Below, piece after piece: positions 16,758 through 26,703 of a stretch of 32,000 nucleotides of DNA (position 1 is the first letter of the stretch; the number at the start of each line of letters is the position of its first letter). The notes under the pieces were generated by a model. It was not told the DNA's origin, ran no database searches, and was given only the letters and a program-made list of their open reading frames with translations. Position numbers and translations under genes: made by a program. The stretch spans positions 5,640,001 to 5,672,000 of the forward strand of contig NC_003272.1 of assembly GCF_000009705.1 (NCBI RefSeq), written 5' to 3'. Source of the stretch: Nostoc sp. PCC 7120 = FACHB-418. Lineage in GTDB: Bacteria > Cyanobacteriota > Cyanobacteriia > Cyanobacteriales > Nostocaceae.

Positions 16758-18533
16758 TCATTCCATCCCCCGTTCCTTGAACATTCCCATCAATTTCCGT
16801 TTACGGGCGTGGATTTCTATTAACTTTTCTCGATATTTTGACCAATCTGCTTGTCTACCAGATTGTATATAAGCAGCACGTACTTTTTTTAGCCACTCCA
16901 CTGCTTCGCTATAGTATTCTGCCTTACCCTCATCCATAATTTTTTCAGCACGGCGACGGGCATTAGTTATCACCCAATCAGGCTTATGTGATATAGCCGC
17001 TTCCATGACTCGGTGGATTAAAGCTGAATGATAGGAACTGAGTTCACTGACAGTAGCGATCGCATCCTCAATCAGTCCTTCATATAAAAATACATCCACC
17101 TTGGCTGATTCTATTCCCCAAGTCTTACAACTCTGAATAATCCTTAATAAATCTGTTTTGACATTTTCCCAGCTTTCACCCGCTAATTCTGCCATTTTTT
17201 GATAATCAACAAAGCAGGGTTTAACTTGAAAAGCTTCCTTGAGTGCGAGTAAAGAAATCTCTGGATTGCCCACAGCTTCGGCTAAATCGCTTGTCCAAAT
17301 ACCTAATTCATACCGACAATTACCAGGTAACTTAAAACCAACTTGGGCTATGTCTAATGCTTCCGGTAATGAACCTTGTTCAGCTAAGGTTTTAGCTAAA
17401 GCAAAAGCCTCTTCCGTGGAACTCATCTGCATTTCCGCCGCCGCTAATGCTTCCTCTACCCTGCCTAAACGCCCCAACATCGTTAAATATTCTTGGGTTT
17501 GTCCCTCTACTTGGGCTAAATACAAATATTCTTGGTAGCGTTCCTGACGTTCGAGAATTTTGAGGCGAATTTGTGCCAAATCATCAGCGTAATTAGGAAC
17601 TTCCCGTTCCCATACACCCATTTCGGCGATATCGCCTTGGAGAACTCGCAGCAAATGTGAATCATCCCAACCTTGGCGCAACGCATCTAAACTCATGCTG
17701 AAATCGGCATTCCATTCATCTTGCCAAGCTTCCAAACTCACTTGCACATCAACTTTTTCTGCTGATGTCAGTTCGGACGAGAGAATCACTTCACACCAAG
17801 CCAGATTTAATTCCCAGGCAATTTCATCATTGTCAGCCCCGTATTCTGACACCTCATCCCAATTTTCCGCACAGGTAGATGTAATGGCTTCAAGAATAGC
17901 GATCGCATTATTACTCTCACCTTGCTGAGAAAATTCTAAAGCAGTCTGCACCAAACTAAACAAATCTTCGGTAATCGGGTCTTCCTCATACCCTTCTTCA
18001 AAGTAGCGGACTGCTTCCCGCAAAATCTGCTTGACTTGTCCGCGAAAGGCTGCCAAATTTACACTTATTTCTCGTCCTGGTTGAGTAGATATAGGTTTAG
18101 CTACAGGACTATTCATCCAACTAACGTGCTGATCAATCACATCTATTAGTTGGGGTTGTTCGGCAACTAATTCCTGTACAAGCCTTTGAGTCTGGACATG
18201 ATCTAGACGATCTAGTAATTGTTCTAACGTAGGACGCTGCTCAATAATTTCTGGCTGTCTTGTAGATACAAGCATCGTCGCCACAATGTGTTTACACCAA
18301 CCATCCAAATTGTAAGCACAAGTACACTTGGCCGAAGTGATATTCTTGTCATCAAAATTTAGAGATACACGATAAGGTAATCGTTCATTGCCTTCTACTT
18401 CTGCCTGCAATTGCTGACCACGCTGAGTAATTGTGGTGACAGCACCCGCTTCAAAATAAGCCTCCCCACGTTGGAAAGATTTGGCGTTAGCGTAGCGACG
18501 GACTGTAAATTCACTGATTTGGGGTAGAGACAT
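16758..18533 (-). CDS. SWIM zinc-finger domain protein with a long helical/TPR-like C-terminal region
   Basis: SWIM CxCxnCxH signature in AKCTCAYNLDGWCKHIVATML. The N-terminal FQRGEAYFEAGAV is typical of this family. I prefer the start at ATG 18533 (MSLPQISEF) over the track start at 18608. Confidence 0.8.
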   Translation of the reverse strand: MSLPQISEFTVRRYANAKSFQRGEAYFEAGAVTTITQRGQQLQAEVEGNERLPYRVSLNFDDKNITSAKCTCAYNLDGWCKHIVATMLVSTRQPEIIEQRPTLEQLLDRLDHVQTQRLVQELVAEQPQLIDVIDQHVSWMNSPVAKPISTQPGREISVNLAAFRGQVKQILREAVRYFEEGYEEDPITEDLFSLVQTALEFSQQGESNNAIAILEAITSTCAENWDEVSEYGADNDEIAWELNLAWCEVILSSELTSAEKVDVQVSLEAWQDEWNADFSMSLDALRQGWDDSHLLRVLQGDIAEMGVWEREVPNYADDLAQIRLKILERQERYQEYLYLAQVEGQTQEYLTMLGRLGRVEEALAAAEMQMSSTEEAFALAKTLAEQGSLPEALDIAQVGFKLPGNCRYELGIWTSDLAEAVGNPEISLLALKEAFQVKPCFVDYQKMAELAGESWENVKTDLLRIIQSCKTWGIESAKVDVFLYEGLIEDAIATVSELSSYHSALIHRVMEAAISHKPDWVITNARRRAEKIMDEGKAEYYSEAVEWLKKVRAAYIQSGRQADWSKYREKLIEIHARKRKLMGMFKERGME

Positions 18534-18638
18534 CGAGCGATCGCCTGCAAAAACCTGTGCGTAGATAAATATTAGATCAAGCTTAGGCTTTCCGCTCATT
18601 GATTGCAATTAGGAGATTGGTCAAGTCACTTTGCTCCA

Positions 18639-18663
18639 ATTCAAAATTCAAAATTCAAAATTA
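18639..18663. repeat. Tandem heptamer ATTCAAA, about 3.5 units
   Basis: aattcaaaattcaaaattcaaaatt, read directly. Confidence 0.8.
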
Positions 18664-18728
18664 TAGCCGTCGCCAGTAGTGTTAGGACATCAATAGATGA
18701 TACAACCTAGACACAAAAAGACTTTTCA

Positions 18729-18804
18729 CCCAATCCCCAATCCCCAGTCCCCAATCCCCAGTCCCCAATCCCCAGTCCCCAATCCCCAATCCCCAATCCC
18801 CAAT
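18729..18804. repeat. STRR1-type tandem heptamer array CCCCA(A/G)T, about 11 units
   Basis: cccaatccccaatccccagtccccaatccccagt..., read directly in the lpdA upstream region. Confidence 0.95.
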
Positions 18805-18888
18805 TTAGTAACTTCCACACCTCTAAAGGCTTGCAAGGATGGCTAGACGGGTTGAAAATAGATAGGCGAAGCACACGGGGAAACTAAC

Positions 18889-20316
18889 GTGAGTCATGAA
18901 TTTGATTACGATTTAGTCATAATAGGCGCTGGTGTAGGGGGACATGGCGCAGCCCTACACGCGGTAAGTTGCGGCTTAAAGACGGCGATTATCGAGGCAG
19001 CTGACATGGGGGGAACCTGTGTCAATCGAGGCTGTATTCCATCGAAGGCGCTGTTAGCTGCTTCTGGACGTGTGCGGGAATTACGCGATGCCCATCACCT
19101 GAAGTCTCTGGGGATTCAAATTGGTAATGTGGAGTTTGATCGTCAAGCGATCGCTAATCATGCTAATAATCTCGTCTCCAAAATTCAAGGAGATTTAACA
19201 AATAGCCTGAAACGTCTGGGAGTCGATATCATCAGGGGTTGGGGCAAAATCGCGGGGACACAAAAAGTCACCGTTACAGGCGATGGTGGTGAAAAAACCA
19301 TCACCGCTAAGGATATTATCCTTTCCCCTGGTTCTGTCCCCTTCGTACCTCCAGGTATTGAAGTAGATGGCAAAACCGTCTTCACCAGCGACCAAGGCGT
19401 AAAGTTAGAAACCTTACCTGAATGGGTAGCAATTATTGGTAGTGGTTACATTGGTTTAGAATTCTCGGATATTTACTCAGCTTTGGGCTGTGAAATCACC
19501 TTGATTGAAGCCCTCGACCAGTTAATGCCAGGATTTGACCGCGATATTGCCAAACTCGCGGAACGAGTGCTGATTACACCCCGCGACATTGAAACCAAAG
19601 TTGGCATATATGCCAAAAAAGTTATTCCTGGTTCGCCAGTAGTAATTGAATTGGCAGATTTCAAAACCAAGGAAGTTGTCGATGTTATCGAAGTAGATGC
19701 TTGCCTAGTAGCGACAGGACGCATCCCAGCTACAAAAAACCTGGGTTTAGAATCTATTGGTGTCGAACTTGACCGCCGCAACTTTATTCCTGTAGACGAT
19801 CGCATGGCAGTGTTATCAGCAGGTGAAGTAGTACCCCATTTGTGGGCAATTGGTGATGCCAACGGCAAAATGATGCTGGCACACGCGGCTTCAGCCCAGG
19901 GCATTGTCGCCGTGGAAAATATCATCGGTAGGGAAAGAACAGTAGACTATCGCAGCATTCCCGCCGCCGCATTTACCCATCCAGAAGTTAGCTATGTCGG
20001 CTTAACAGAAACAGGTGCTAAAGAATTAGGCCAAGCTGAAGGTTTTGAAGTCGCCACCAGCAGAAGTTACTTCAAAGGCAATTCCAAAGCCTTAGCTGAA
20101 AACGAAGCCGACGGTATAGCCAAAGTCATCTACCGCAAAGATACCGGGGAAGTTTTAGGCGTACATATCTTTGGTTTACACGCCTCCGACTTAATCCACG
20201 AAGCATCCGCCGCCGTCGCCAATCGTCAAACCGTCCAAACCCTAGCCCATTTAGTCCACGCCCACCCAACATTATCCGAAGTGTTGGATGAAGCGTATAA
20301 ACGAGCGATCGTTTAG
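18889..20316 (+). CDS. lpdA: Dihydrolipoyl dehydrogenase (E3 component)
   Basis: 475 aa. FAD site [15 protein letters not shown]. Redox-active disulfide [19 protein letters not shown] site [12 protein letters not shown]-terminal HAHPTLSE dimer-interface motif. GTG start. Confidence 0.93.
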   Translation: MSHEFDYDLVIIGAGVGGHGAALHAVSCGLKTAIIEAADMGGTCVNRGCIPSKALLAASGRVRELRDAHHLKSLGIQIGNVEFDRQAIANHANNLVSKIQGDLTNSLKRLGVDIIRGWGKIAGTQKVTVTGDGGEKTITAKDIILSPGSVPFVPPGIEVDGKTVFTSDQGVKLETLPEWVAIIGSGYIGLEFSDIYSALGCEITLIEALDQLMPGFDRDIAKLAERVLITPRDIETKVGIYAKKVIPGSPVVIELADFKTKEVVDVIEVDACLVATGRIPATKNLGLESIGVELDRRNFIPVDDRMAVLSAGEVVPHLWAIGDANGKMMLAHAASAQGIVAVENIIGRERTVDYRSIPAAAFTHPEVSYVGLTETGAKELGQAEGFEVATSRSYFKGNSKALAENEADGIAKVIYRKDTGEVLGVHIFGLHASDLIHEASAAVANRQTVQTLAHLVHAHPTLSEVLDEAYKRAIV

Positions 20317-20423
20317 ATAAGGGTATAGGGGTGTAAGGGTGTAGGGGTGTAAGGGTAAAAAGATACTCCCCCTGCCCCCTGCCCCCTGCCCAATCCCAAA
20401 TCCCCAATCCCCAATCCCCAACT
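20317..20423. repeat. Composite STRR cluster filling the whole lpdA-trpC spacer: GGGTGTA-type, CCCCCTG x3 and CCCCAAT x3
   Basis: Read directly: gggtataggggtgtaagggtgtaggggtgtaagggt ... ccccctgccccctgccccctgcc caatcccaaatccccaatccccaatcccc. Confidence 0.9.
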
Positions 20424-21314
20424 ATGCAAATCCGTCGCCGACAACCAAATCCTGCTATCAATGTATCGATATTGCGCTACCAAGTCGCTGTACCAGATGC
20501 CAAACCACAACATATTTTGGAAGAAATCGTTTGGCAAAAGGAAGTAGAAGTTGACCAAATGCGGGAAAAGTTGCCTTTGCTGGAATTGCAAAAGAAGGCA
20601 CGTATCGCGCCACCTACCCGCGATTTTGTCGCCGCTTTAAAACAAGGTAGAACCACACCTGCGTTAATTGCCGAAGTGAAAAAGGCTTCACCCAGTAAAG
20701 GCGTGTTTCGAGAAGATTTTGACCCAGTAGCGATCGCCTTATCCTACCAACAAGGTGGCGCTAGTTGTATTTCCGTCTTAACTGATGAAAAGTTTTTTCA
20801 AGGTAGTTTTGACAACTTAACTAAAGTCCGCGCCGCCGTAGATTTACCATTACTTTGCAAGGATTTCGTCATTTATCCTTATCAAATGTATTTGGCACGG
20901 ATTCAAGGCGCAGATGCTGTGTTGTTAATTGCCGCCATCCTCAGTGATCAAGATTTACAGTACTTCATCAAAATTGCTAAGGCTTTGAATATGGCAGCTT
21001 TGGTTGAAGTTCATAATCTGGAAGAACTTGACCGTGTATTAGCTTTAGATGGTGTATCTTTAGTAGGAATTAACAATCGCAATCTAGAAGATTTTTCTGT
21101 AGACTTACAAACTACTTGTCAACTTTTAGCCGCCAGAGGTAGCCAGTTACAAGAACGAAATATTTTAGTTGTGAGTGAGTCAGGATTACATAACCCAGCA
21201 GATTTAAGTTTAGTATCCCAAGCTGGTGCTAGTGCTGTGTTAATCGGTGAGTCTTTAGTCAAACAACCAGATCCAGAATTAGCGATCGCTAACCTATACT
21301 CCAGTGATGTTTAA
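20424..21314 (+). CDS. trpC: Indole-3-glycerol phosphate synthase
   Basis: 296 aa. [55 protein letters not shown] and SESG motifs are characteristic of TrpC. Confidence 0.93.
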   Translation: MQIRRRQPNPAINVSILRYQVAVPDAKPQHILEEIVWQKEVEVDQMREKLPLLELQKKARIAPPTRDFVAALKQGRTTPALIAEVKKASPSKGVFREDFDPVAIALSYQQGGASCISVLTDEKFFQGSFDNLTKVRAAVDLPLLCKDFVIYPYQMYLARIQGADAVLLIAAILSDQDLQYFIKIAKALNMAALVEVHNLEELDRVLALDGVSLVGINNRNLEDFSVDLQTTCQLLAARGSQLQERNILVVSESGLHNPADLSLVSQAGASAVLIGESLVKQPDPELAIANLYSSDV

Positions 21315-21593
21315 AAGTTATTCTTACAGATGTAGAAACTTATAACCAGAAAAGTAGGTGCTGCAATTCTAGCGGGTGGTGTACTGTCGTACCTATGCTT
21401 CTGATTGTTTGAATTCTATTATCTATTGACCGTTAACCGTTGACTATCAAAAGTCAGCAGTTAACAACCTTTATCAAGCTATTTAAATATCAAAAAATAT
21501 AGTTAATATTTATTTATTGTGTAAAAATTAACTTAATAACATACAACTACGAAGCATCACAAAATCCTTAATTTAACACCACCCATCGACTAC

Positions 21594-21842
21594 ATGGAGC
21601 AAATTCCCCTACCTTCGCCCATCCATTACGAACTCATACTCCAATTATTAGAAAGGCAAACCATGTCAGCAGTCAGTAAAAACCCTGAATTGCGACATCA
21701 AGTAAATCAATTAATTATTACATTAAGAAAAGCGGCAGCCCAGCAAAAACACTTAGAAAATTCTTGTCTAGGTTCTTCCCTATCGGTAGAACATCGTTGG
21801 TCAATCAATCATCATGATCAGCAAGTTGCAACTCCCGATTAA
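21594..21842 (+). CDS. Hypothetical small protein (82 aa)
   Basis: ORF only. It is followed about 75 nt downstream by the hairpin at 21919-21952. No family recognised. Confidence 0.35.
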   Translation: MEQIPLPSPIHYELILQLLERQTMSAVSKNPELRHQVNQLIITLRKAAAQQKHLENSCLGSSLSVEHRWSINHHDQQVATPD

Positions 21843-21918
21843 AAGGAATTGGGGATAAGGGATTGGGTATTGGGTAGGAAATAATTCTCTCTAGTCCCTT
21901 TTTCAAAAAAGCTAAATT

Positions 21919-21952
21919 AAAAGAGCGAGTTAATCATTCAACTCGCTCTTTT
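21919..21952. terminator. Bidirectional intrinsic terminator between convergent genes
   Basis: AAAAGAGCGAGTT-aatcattc-AACTCGCTCTTTT: a 13-bp perfect stem with A/T runs on both sides. Confidence 0.7.
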
Positions 21953-22070
21953 AGCTTGTTTGTATTGAAATGAGTATAACTTACGGGAGCCGAATTTTTG
22001 TATCTCAGTCTCGGCACAAGACAGAGCAGTTGTAACATATCTTAATTCTCCTCAACGAGAACTTCATACC

Positions 22071-22262
22071 TTACGCTGTTTCTAACCAATCATAAATTTT
22101 TTCTAACTGCTCTAAGCTAATTAAACCGTACTGCCAAAGAATCATAGGCAAAGGCCCTGGGTCTTGTTCTCGATGGCGTAGTGCCACAGCCAAAGATGCC
22201 GCAGAAATTGCTAAATCTTCCTGTAGAAAATGAATTAGCCTTGAATAAGTAGATGGTGACAT
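22071..22262 (-). CDS. DUF2949-like small cyanobacterial protein
   Basis: MSPSTYSRLIHFLQEDLAISAASLAVALRHREQDPGPLPMILWQYGLISLEQLEKIYDWLETA matches my recollection of this conserved cyanobacterial family. The internal ATG at 22262 is preferred over the track start at 22298. Confidence 0.7.
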   Translation of the reverse strand: MSPSTYSRLIHFLQEDLAISAASLAVALRHREQDPGPLPMILWQYGLISLEQLEKIYDWLETA

Positions 22263-22802
22263 CTGTAACTCACCTCCTTGTTTAGTCTGAATCGTCATTT
22301 AGTGTTTTCCTGTTTCCCTATAACTTTGCAAATATTACTTCACCCGTGAATATACGATGACCGGATAATCACTGGAGCGATTTTTTAAATTCTGCAAACA
22401 CAGCTATTTTCTAACGAAAACTAGAGAATTATAGCTAATCTTAGCTGTCATTTCATCTAGATGCTTTATTTTGCAGCTGTTAGTTGTTCTGGTCAAATAT
22501 GTTTTATCTTTTTTTACTTTAGTGTGTCACTTAGATACACTTTTAGTAGCAAAGATTCCATAGCTAATACTGCCTTACAAACAACTAGTAACACTTATGC
22601 CAAAAGGAAGATTTTTTGCATAAAGTTTCTCTAGGCTGCGATCGCACTTGAGAGTGTATAGATTGTGTTGTGTTTGACATCATACTAAATAGTAACCGCA
22701 GAATTTGCCTTTTACGTATACTTGATATTTTTTTTACGTAAACATCATGAAGTAAAAATCAGGGTTATCTTGCAATGCAAGCCATTGAGAGATCTAATAC
22801 TG

Positions 22803-23324
22803 TTAATTACGGTTATTTAAAAACTCAATTTTGATACTATTGCCTGGCTGCAAATTTAACTCGGCTGCCCTGCCTGCACGTAACTCTATGACTGCATCAA
22901 TAAGTACGTCAGGGCCATAATTAGGACAAGGCTCACTAGGGCAAGGAGGTGCAGCAGCCTGAATATACTTGACTACACCCTTTTGCAAAAACACCATATC
23001 TAAAGCAACCGGTACATTCTTCATCCAAAATCTAGCTGGTTGTGGAGAAGAAAAAGGAAACAGCATTCCCCTGTTATCTGGTAAAGCTGGCCGATACATC
23101 AGTCCCATTTGCTGCTGTTCTTGTGTCTTTGCCACTTCTAATTCAATAGTTGTGCCATTAGGAACAGTTGCTTTGGCTGAAATTGGTAATGTTTGTCCAG
23201 AATTCACTACTAGTGCAGGCGGAGAACTAGCAGTATCTGTAGGTGTTTCGGCTGTGGTTTGTGAAGAACAAGCCATCAGTAAAATACTCAATAGCATCGG
23301 AATTAAACTTAACCAACGCATCAT
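22803..23324 (-). CDS. DUF192-domain secreted protein or lipoprotein
   Basis: Signal peptide with a lipobox-like LLMAC. GLMYR...GMLF...FWMKNV...LDMVF is the DUF192 pattern. Confidence 0.75.
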   Translation of the reverse strand: MMRWLSLIPMLLSILLMACSSQTTAETPTDTASSPPALVVNSGQTLPISAKATVPNGTTIELEVAKTQEQQQMGLMYRPALPDNRGMLFPFSSPQPARFWMKNVPVALDMVFLQKGVVKYIQAAAPPCPSEPCPNYGPDVLIDAVIELRAGRAAELNLQPGNSIKIEFLNNRN

Positions 23325-23458
23325 ACAATTTTTAATTTTGTAATTTAGACTTCGATTTTACAGAAATTAAACGAAAAAGCCCACGCTTCTGGGTTATGTT
23401 TTCTGTCACGTTGAAGAGACTGGTTAAATTTGGATGTAGCCTGTCATAAAACAAATAT

Positions 23459-23482
23459 CCCACTTACCTGTAGAAGAGTGGG
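23459..23482 (-). terminator. Terminator-like hairpin downstream of the response-regulator gene
   Basis: The minus strand reads CCCACT-(12 nt)-AGTGGG followed by ATATTTGTTTTAT. Confidence 0.4.
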
Positions 23483-23529
23483 AGTGCTTAATTATAGAAT
23501 GTAATTTGCATTACTACAGGGTTAAATTT

Positions 23530-24216
23530 TTAGGACTCTCTGAGGACGTAACCAACGCCTCGCACCGTTTGAATTAAGCGCTTTTGACCTTCATCTTCAA
23601 TTTTTAAGCGTAAGTAGCGAATATATACTTCTATGACATTAGATTCACCCATAAAATCGTAACCCCAGACGTTTTCGAGAATTTGTTCGCGGGTTAATAC
23701 TTCACGGGGATGTTCCATTAAGTACTTTAAAAGTTCAAATTCTTTCATTGTTAACTCGACATTCCGTCCACTGTAAACAGCACGGCGATTAGCTAGGTCT
23801 AAAATCAAATCGCCAAAGCGTAACTGTTCTGTGGTATCGACATCGGGTTTCAAGTAGAGGCGAATCAGTCTTAAAAAATCTTCTGGGCGATAAGGTTTAA
23901 GAATATAATCATCAGCCCCTGCTTCTAGACAAGCAACCCGATCATCAACTGTGTCCCTAGCCATTAAGACTAATACTGGCGATCGCACTCCAGTATTCCT
24001 TAGATTTTTGCACAACGAAAGACCAGATTCGCCCGCCAGCATTCTGTCTAATACAACTAAAGCAGGCTGGCGATCGCGACAGTATTGTAACCCAGTAGTC
24101 GCATCGTTCGCCAAAATAGCATCATAACCAGCTTCTTGTAAATCAAAAGACAGTTGATTCGCTAGGCTATCATCAGTTTCGATCACCAAAACACAGGGGC
24201 TATGAGTAGCTATCAT
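23530..24216 (-). CDS. OmpR-family two-component response regulator (receiver plus winged-helix DNA-binding domain)
   Basis: Receiver motifs VLVIETDD, LVVLDRML and GADDYILKP. C-terminal LTMKEFELLKYLMEHPREVLTREQILENVWGYD...IEVYIRYLRLKIE...TVRGVGYVL. Start ATG 24216 is preferred; the track start is 24255. Confidence 0.9.
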   Translation of the reverse strand: MIATHSPCVLVIETDDSLANQLSFDLQEAGYDAILANDATTGLQYCRDRQPALVVLDRMLAGESGLSLCKNLRNTGVRSPVLVLMARDTVDDRVACLEAGADDYILKPYRPEDFLRLIRLYLKPDVDTTEQLRFGDLILDLANRRAVYSGRNVELTMKEFELLKYLMEHPREVLTREQILENVWGYDFMGESNVIEVYIRYLRLKIEDEGQKRLIQTVRGVGYVLRES

Positions 24217-24298
24217 AAGATTTTGGGATATTTGGATGTTTAATTGTATAGGCAATAAATGGGGAGTGGGGAAAAGGAGAATAACTATTGACTGTTGA

Positions 24299-25216
24299 CT
24301 AAGGTAATTCTACCGAAGTTGGTTTAGCGATATGCGGTAGACCCCAACCGAGTTTTTCTCGCAAAATACGGAAAAATTCTGGTGGTTGGAGGCGAATAAA
24401 TTTGACACTGTATGGCGATCGCTCTAGATATACTCTATCTTCTGGAAAAATATAGCATCCCCCATTGCCATCTACTACCATCACCAACCGGGGAATGTTC
24501 ACCGGGTAAATATTGACTGGTTCAGTATCGGGAAATACTAAAGCCCTGGAAGCCAAAGAATGGGGACAAATAGGAACGAGCTGCAATACGGGTACACCGG
24601 GGGCAACAACTGGCCCACCTGCGCTTAAAGAGTAAGCGGTGGAGCCTGTAGGTGTAGAAACAATTACCCCATCTGCGGCAATATCAACTGGCGCATGACG
24701 ACCTACAGCAATCTCAAAATGACACATTGACGTTAATGGTTCACGATGCAAAACCATTTCGTTCAAGCATAGAGCTTCCCAAAGTACTGACTCTCCTCGC
24801 AGCACTTTGACCGTGAGCATGGCTCGTTCTTCGATTTCATACTCACCTGCGATCGCCTGATCTATAGCTTGGGGTAATTGATTCAGGTAAGTTTCCGTTA
24901 AGAACCCCATGTGTCCGGTATTTATGGCCAAAATCGGAATACCGCAAGGCGCTACCTGACGCGATGCGGCTAAAACGGTACCGTCACCCCCCAGCACTAT
25001 GGCAAACTTCATTTCTGAATCAAACCCAGGGGGTGTCAAACCGTCAATTGGCGTGTGGCACACAGGGCTTTCAGGATTAGAGTAGCCCAATATGCCACCG
25101 ATACTAGATGTGATAGATACATCCCAACCGGCTGCGGTTAGCTTATCTTTTAACTCGATAGCAACACGACCGGCTACCGGTTTAATGTCGTTGTATATAA
25201 TGCCTACTTTCGGCAC
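24299..25216 (-). CDS. nadK: NAD(+) kinase
   Basis: GGDGT motif (VLGGDGTVL). [26 protein letters not shown] prefer the in-frame GTG at 25216 ([10 protein letters not shown]...). The track ORF extends to 25285. Confidence 0.9.
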
Positions 25217-25347
25217 ACTCAAATATCCAGGTTTAAGCGACGCTTTGTCTTTTGTAATCGTTACACATTTTGGATCACCAGTCATTAGTTTGGCATCAAA
25301 AGTCTATAGTCTATGGTAAAAAACTGTTGATTGCTGACTGTTGACTA

Positions 25348-26334
25348 TTAACTATTGACTTTTTTAAATGGCGTTTTTTTGTCTTTCTGCTTTTTAATTT
25401 TAGTTTTCTCGTAATCTAACTGTTTGAGCTTCTTCAGAATCCGGCTGAAATACTCTTGTAAATAGTTTTCTAAAGTAGTACTTTGCTCTTTTTCTAACCC
25501 AAAGACTGTGTAAACTTCATCCATTGAAGCATTTAGCGGTCTACCACTAGCCAAAACTTCGGTGAATGCGAGTCTGTCGGCTATATTCCATCCCCACTGA
25601 AAGAATTTGGCAAGACCGCGCACGGCTCGTAGTAGGTTGATGGGCATTCGTCTAACTTTCGCTTCTTTGCCAGATAAGCGTTCACATAAGTTAATGATTT
25701 CTTCGGCACTCCAGGCACGAGTACCCAATACAGGGAAAGCTTGTTTTTCTGTTTCTGGCACACTCAACGCCCGCACAGCAAACTTAGCAATGTCTAAAGT
25801 GTCCATATAAGCGACTGGGGAAGATGCGCCAGTTACCCAAACAGGCTGTCCTTCTAAAATGGGGATGCCATACTGACCGATTAACCCTTGCATGAAGCCG
25901 GCCAAGCGCAGAACAGTGTAATTTATCCCAGATTCAGCTAAAAATAATTCTGTACACCGTTTAATTTCCATCAGTGGGACTTCTGGATACTTATCGGCAT
26001 CAATAATAGAGAAGAATATAAAACGTTCTACACCCGCCGCTTTTGCTGCCTGAATTAGGGCTATTTGTCCTTCCCAGTCTACTTGCTTAATTGTCAGCGA
26101 ATCTGTAGCACGAGAGGTTGCTGCATCAATTACTGCTGTTACGCCTTCTAGCGCCTCTACCAGAGTCTGGGGTTGACATAAATCTCCTCTTACGAGTTCG
26201 GCTCCCCACTCTTTTAAAAAAGCTGCTCTTTTGGCACTCCTGACAAGACAGCGAACTTTATATCCCTCATCGATCGCCCGACGAGCCACTTGTCTTCCTA
26301 AGGTGCCAGTGGCACCGACTATTAATAATGTCAT
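25348..26334 (-). CDS. ycf39: Ycf39-like atypical SDR (NmrA/HCF244 family; photosystem II assembly factor homolog)
   Basis: MTLLIVGATGTLGRQVARRAIDEGYKVRCLVR Rossmann N-terminus. The overall pattern matches cyanobacterial Ycf39. It lies immediately downstream of petM, the usual cyanobacterial arrangement as I recall it. Confidence 0.85.
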   Translation of the reverse strand: MTLLIVGATGTLGRQVARRAIDEGYKVRCLVRSAKRAAFLKEWGAELVRGDLCQPQTLVEALEGVTAVIDAATSRATDSLTIKQVDWEGQIALIQAAKAAGVERFIFFSIIDADKYPEVPLMEIKRCTELFLAESGINYTVLRLAGFMQGLIGQYGIPILEGQPVWVTGASSPVAYMDTLDIAKFAVRALSVPETEKQAFPVLGTRAWSAEEIINLCERLSGKEAKVRRMPINLLRAVRGLAKFFQWGWNIADRLAFTEVLASGRPLNASMDEVYTVFGLEKEQSTTLENYLQEYFSRILKKLKQLDYEKTKIKKQKDKKTPFKKVNS

Positions 26335-26598
26335 GAGGGTTGTAACAAATTTTAAACTTTTATGAAAAGAATCTTAACAGAATTATATCTGTAAATAAAA
26401 ATTAATGGTTTTTAAGGAACAGAATTGATACTGAAAAAATCACTAAAACAGCGTTTTCTGGTGAGTGCAGCCACACGCGCGGTATGAAGCGCCGGGTGGA
26501 CTGCGGTAGTCTGCTTCTTCAAAGGAGTACCTGGACAAGCTATTTTGCCAGTGATATTCAGGCTTCTCATCTGTTGAAAGCAGGCAAATACAGATAAA

Positions 26599-26703
26599 TT
26601 ATTCTTCTGCGCCTTGAATTTTCAATAATAAAGCACCCAAAGCCCAACCTACGAAGATTAAGCCGAAAGATAACAAAGCTGCATTCAGTAGTTCGCCGCT
26701 CAT
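26599..26703 (-). CDS. petM: Cytochrome b6-f complex subunit 7 (PetM), 34 aa; below the ORF-track length cutoff
   Basis: My translation of the minus strand: [34 protein letters not shown]. It is a single TM helix with the C-terminal KxQGxEE typical of PetM. AAGGAG lies 10 nt upstream of the ATG. Confidence 0.85.
   Translation of the reverse strand: MSGELLNAALLSFGLIFVGWALGALLLKIQGAEE

Noticed and set aside
15648-19925. Shadow ORFs opposite the 528-aa gene, the SWIM gene and lpdA (15648-16094, 17239-17538, 17695-17928, 19185-19395, 19473-19925)
   Set aside because: They are antisense to well-supported genes, with Ser/Ala/Arg-rich junk composition.
20126-20591. ORFs 20126-20461(-) and 20313-20591(-)
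   Set aside because: They are open only because they traverse the heptamer repeat cluster, and they overlap lpdA and trpC. They give repeat-derived low-complexity peptides.
22969-25810. ORFs 22969-23343(+), 25092-25319(+), 25581-25763(-) and 25607-25810(+)
   Set aside because: They are antisense or out of frame within the DUF192, NAD kinase and ycf39 genes.
26455-26545. Possibility that the GC-rich island is the SRP (4.5S) RNA
   Set aside because: The minus strand has CCAGGU...GAAGAAGCAG, which loosely recalls SRP domain IV. However, there is no GNRA tetraloop helix, and the flanking pairing does not fit.
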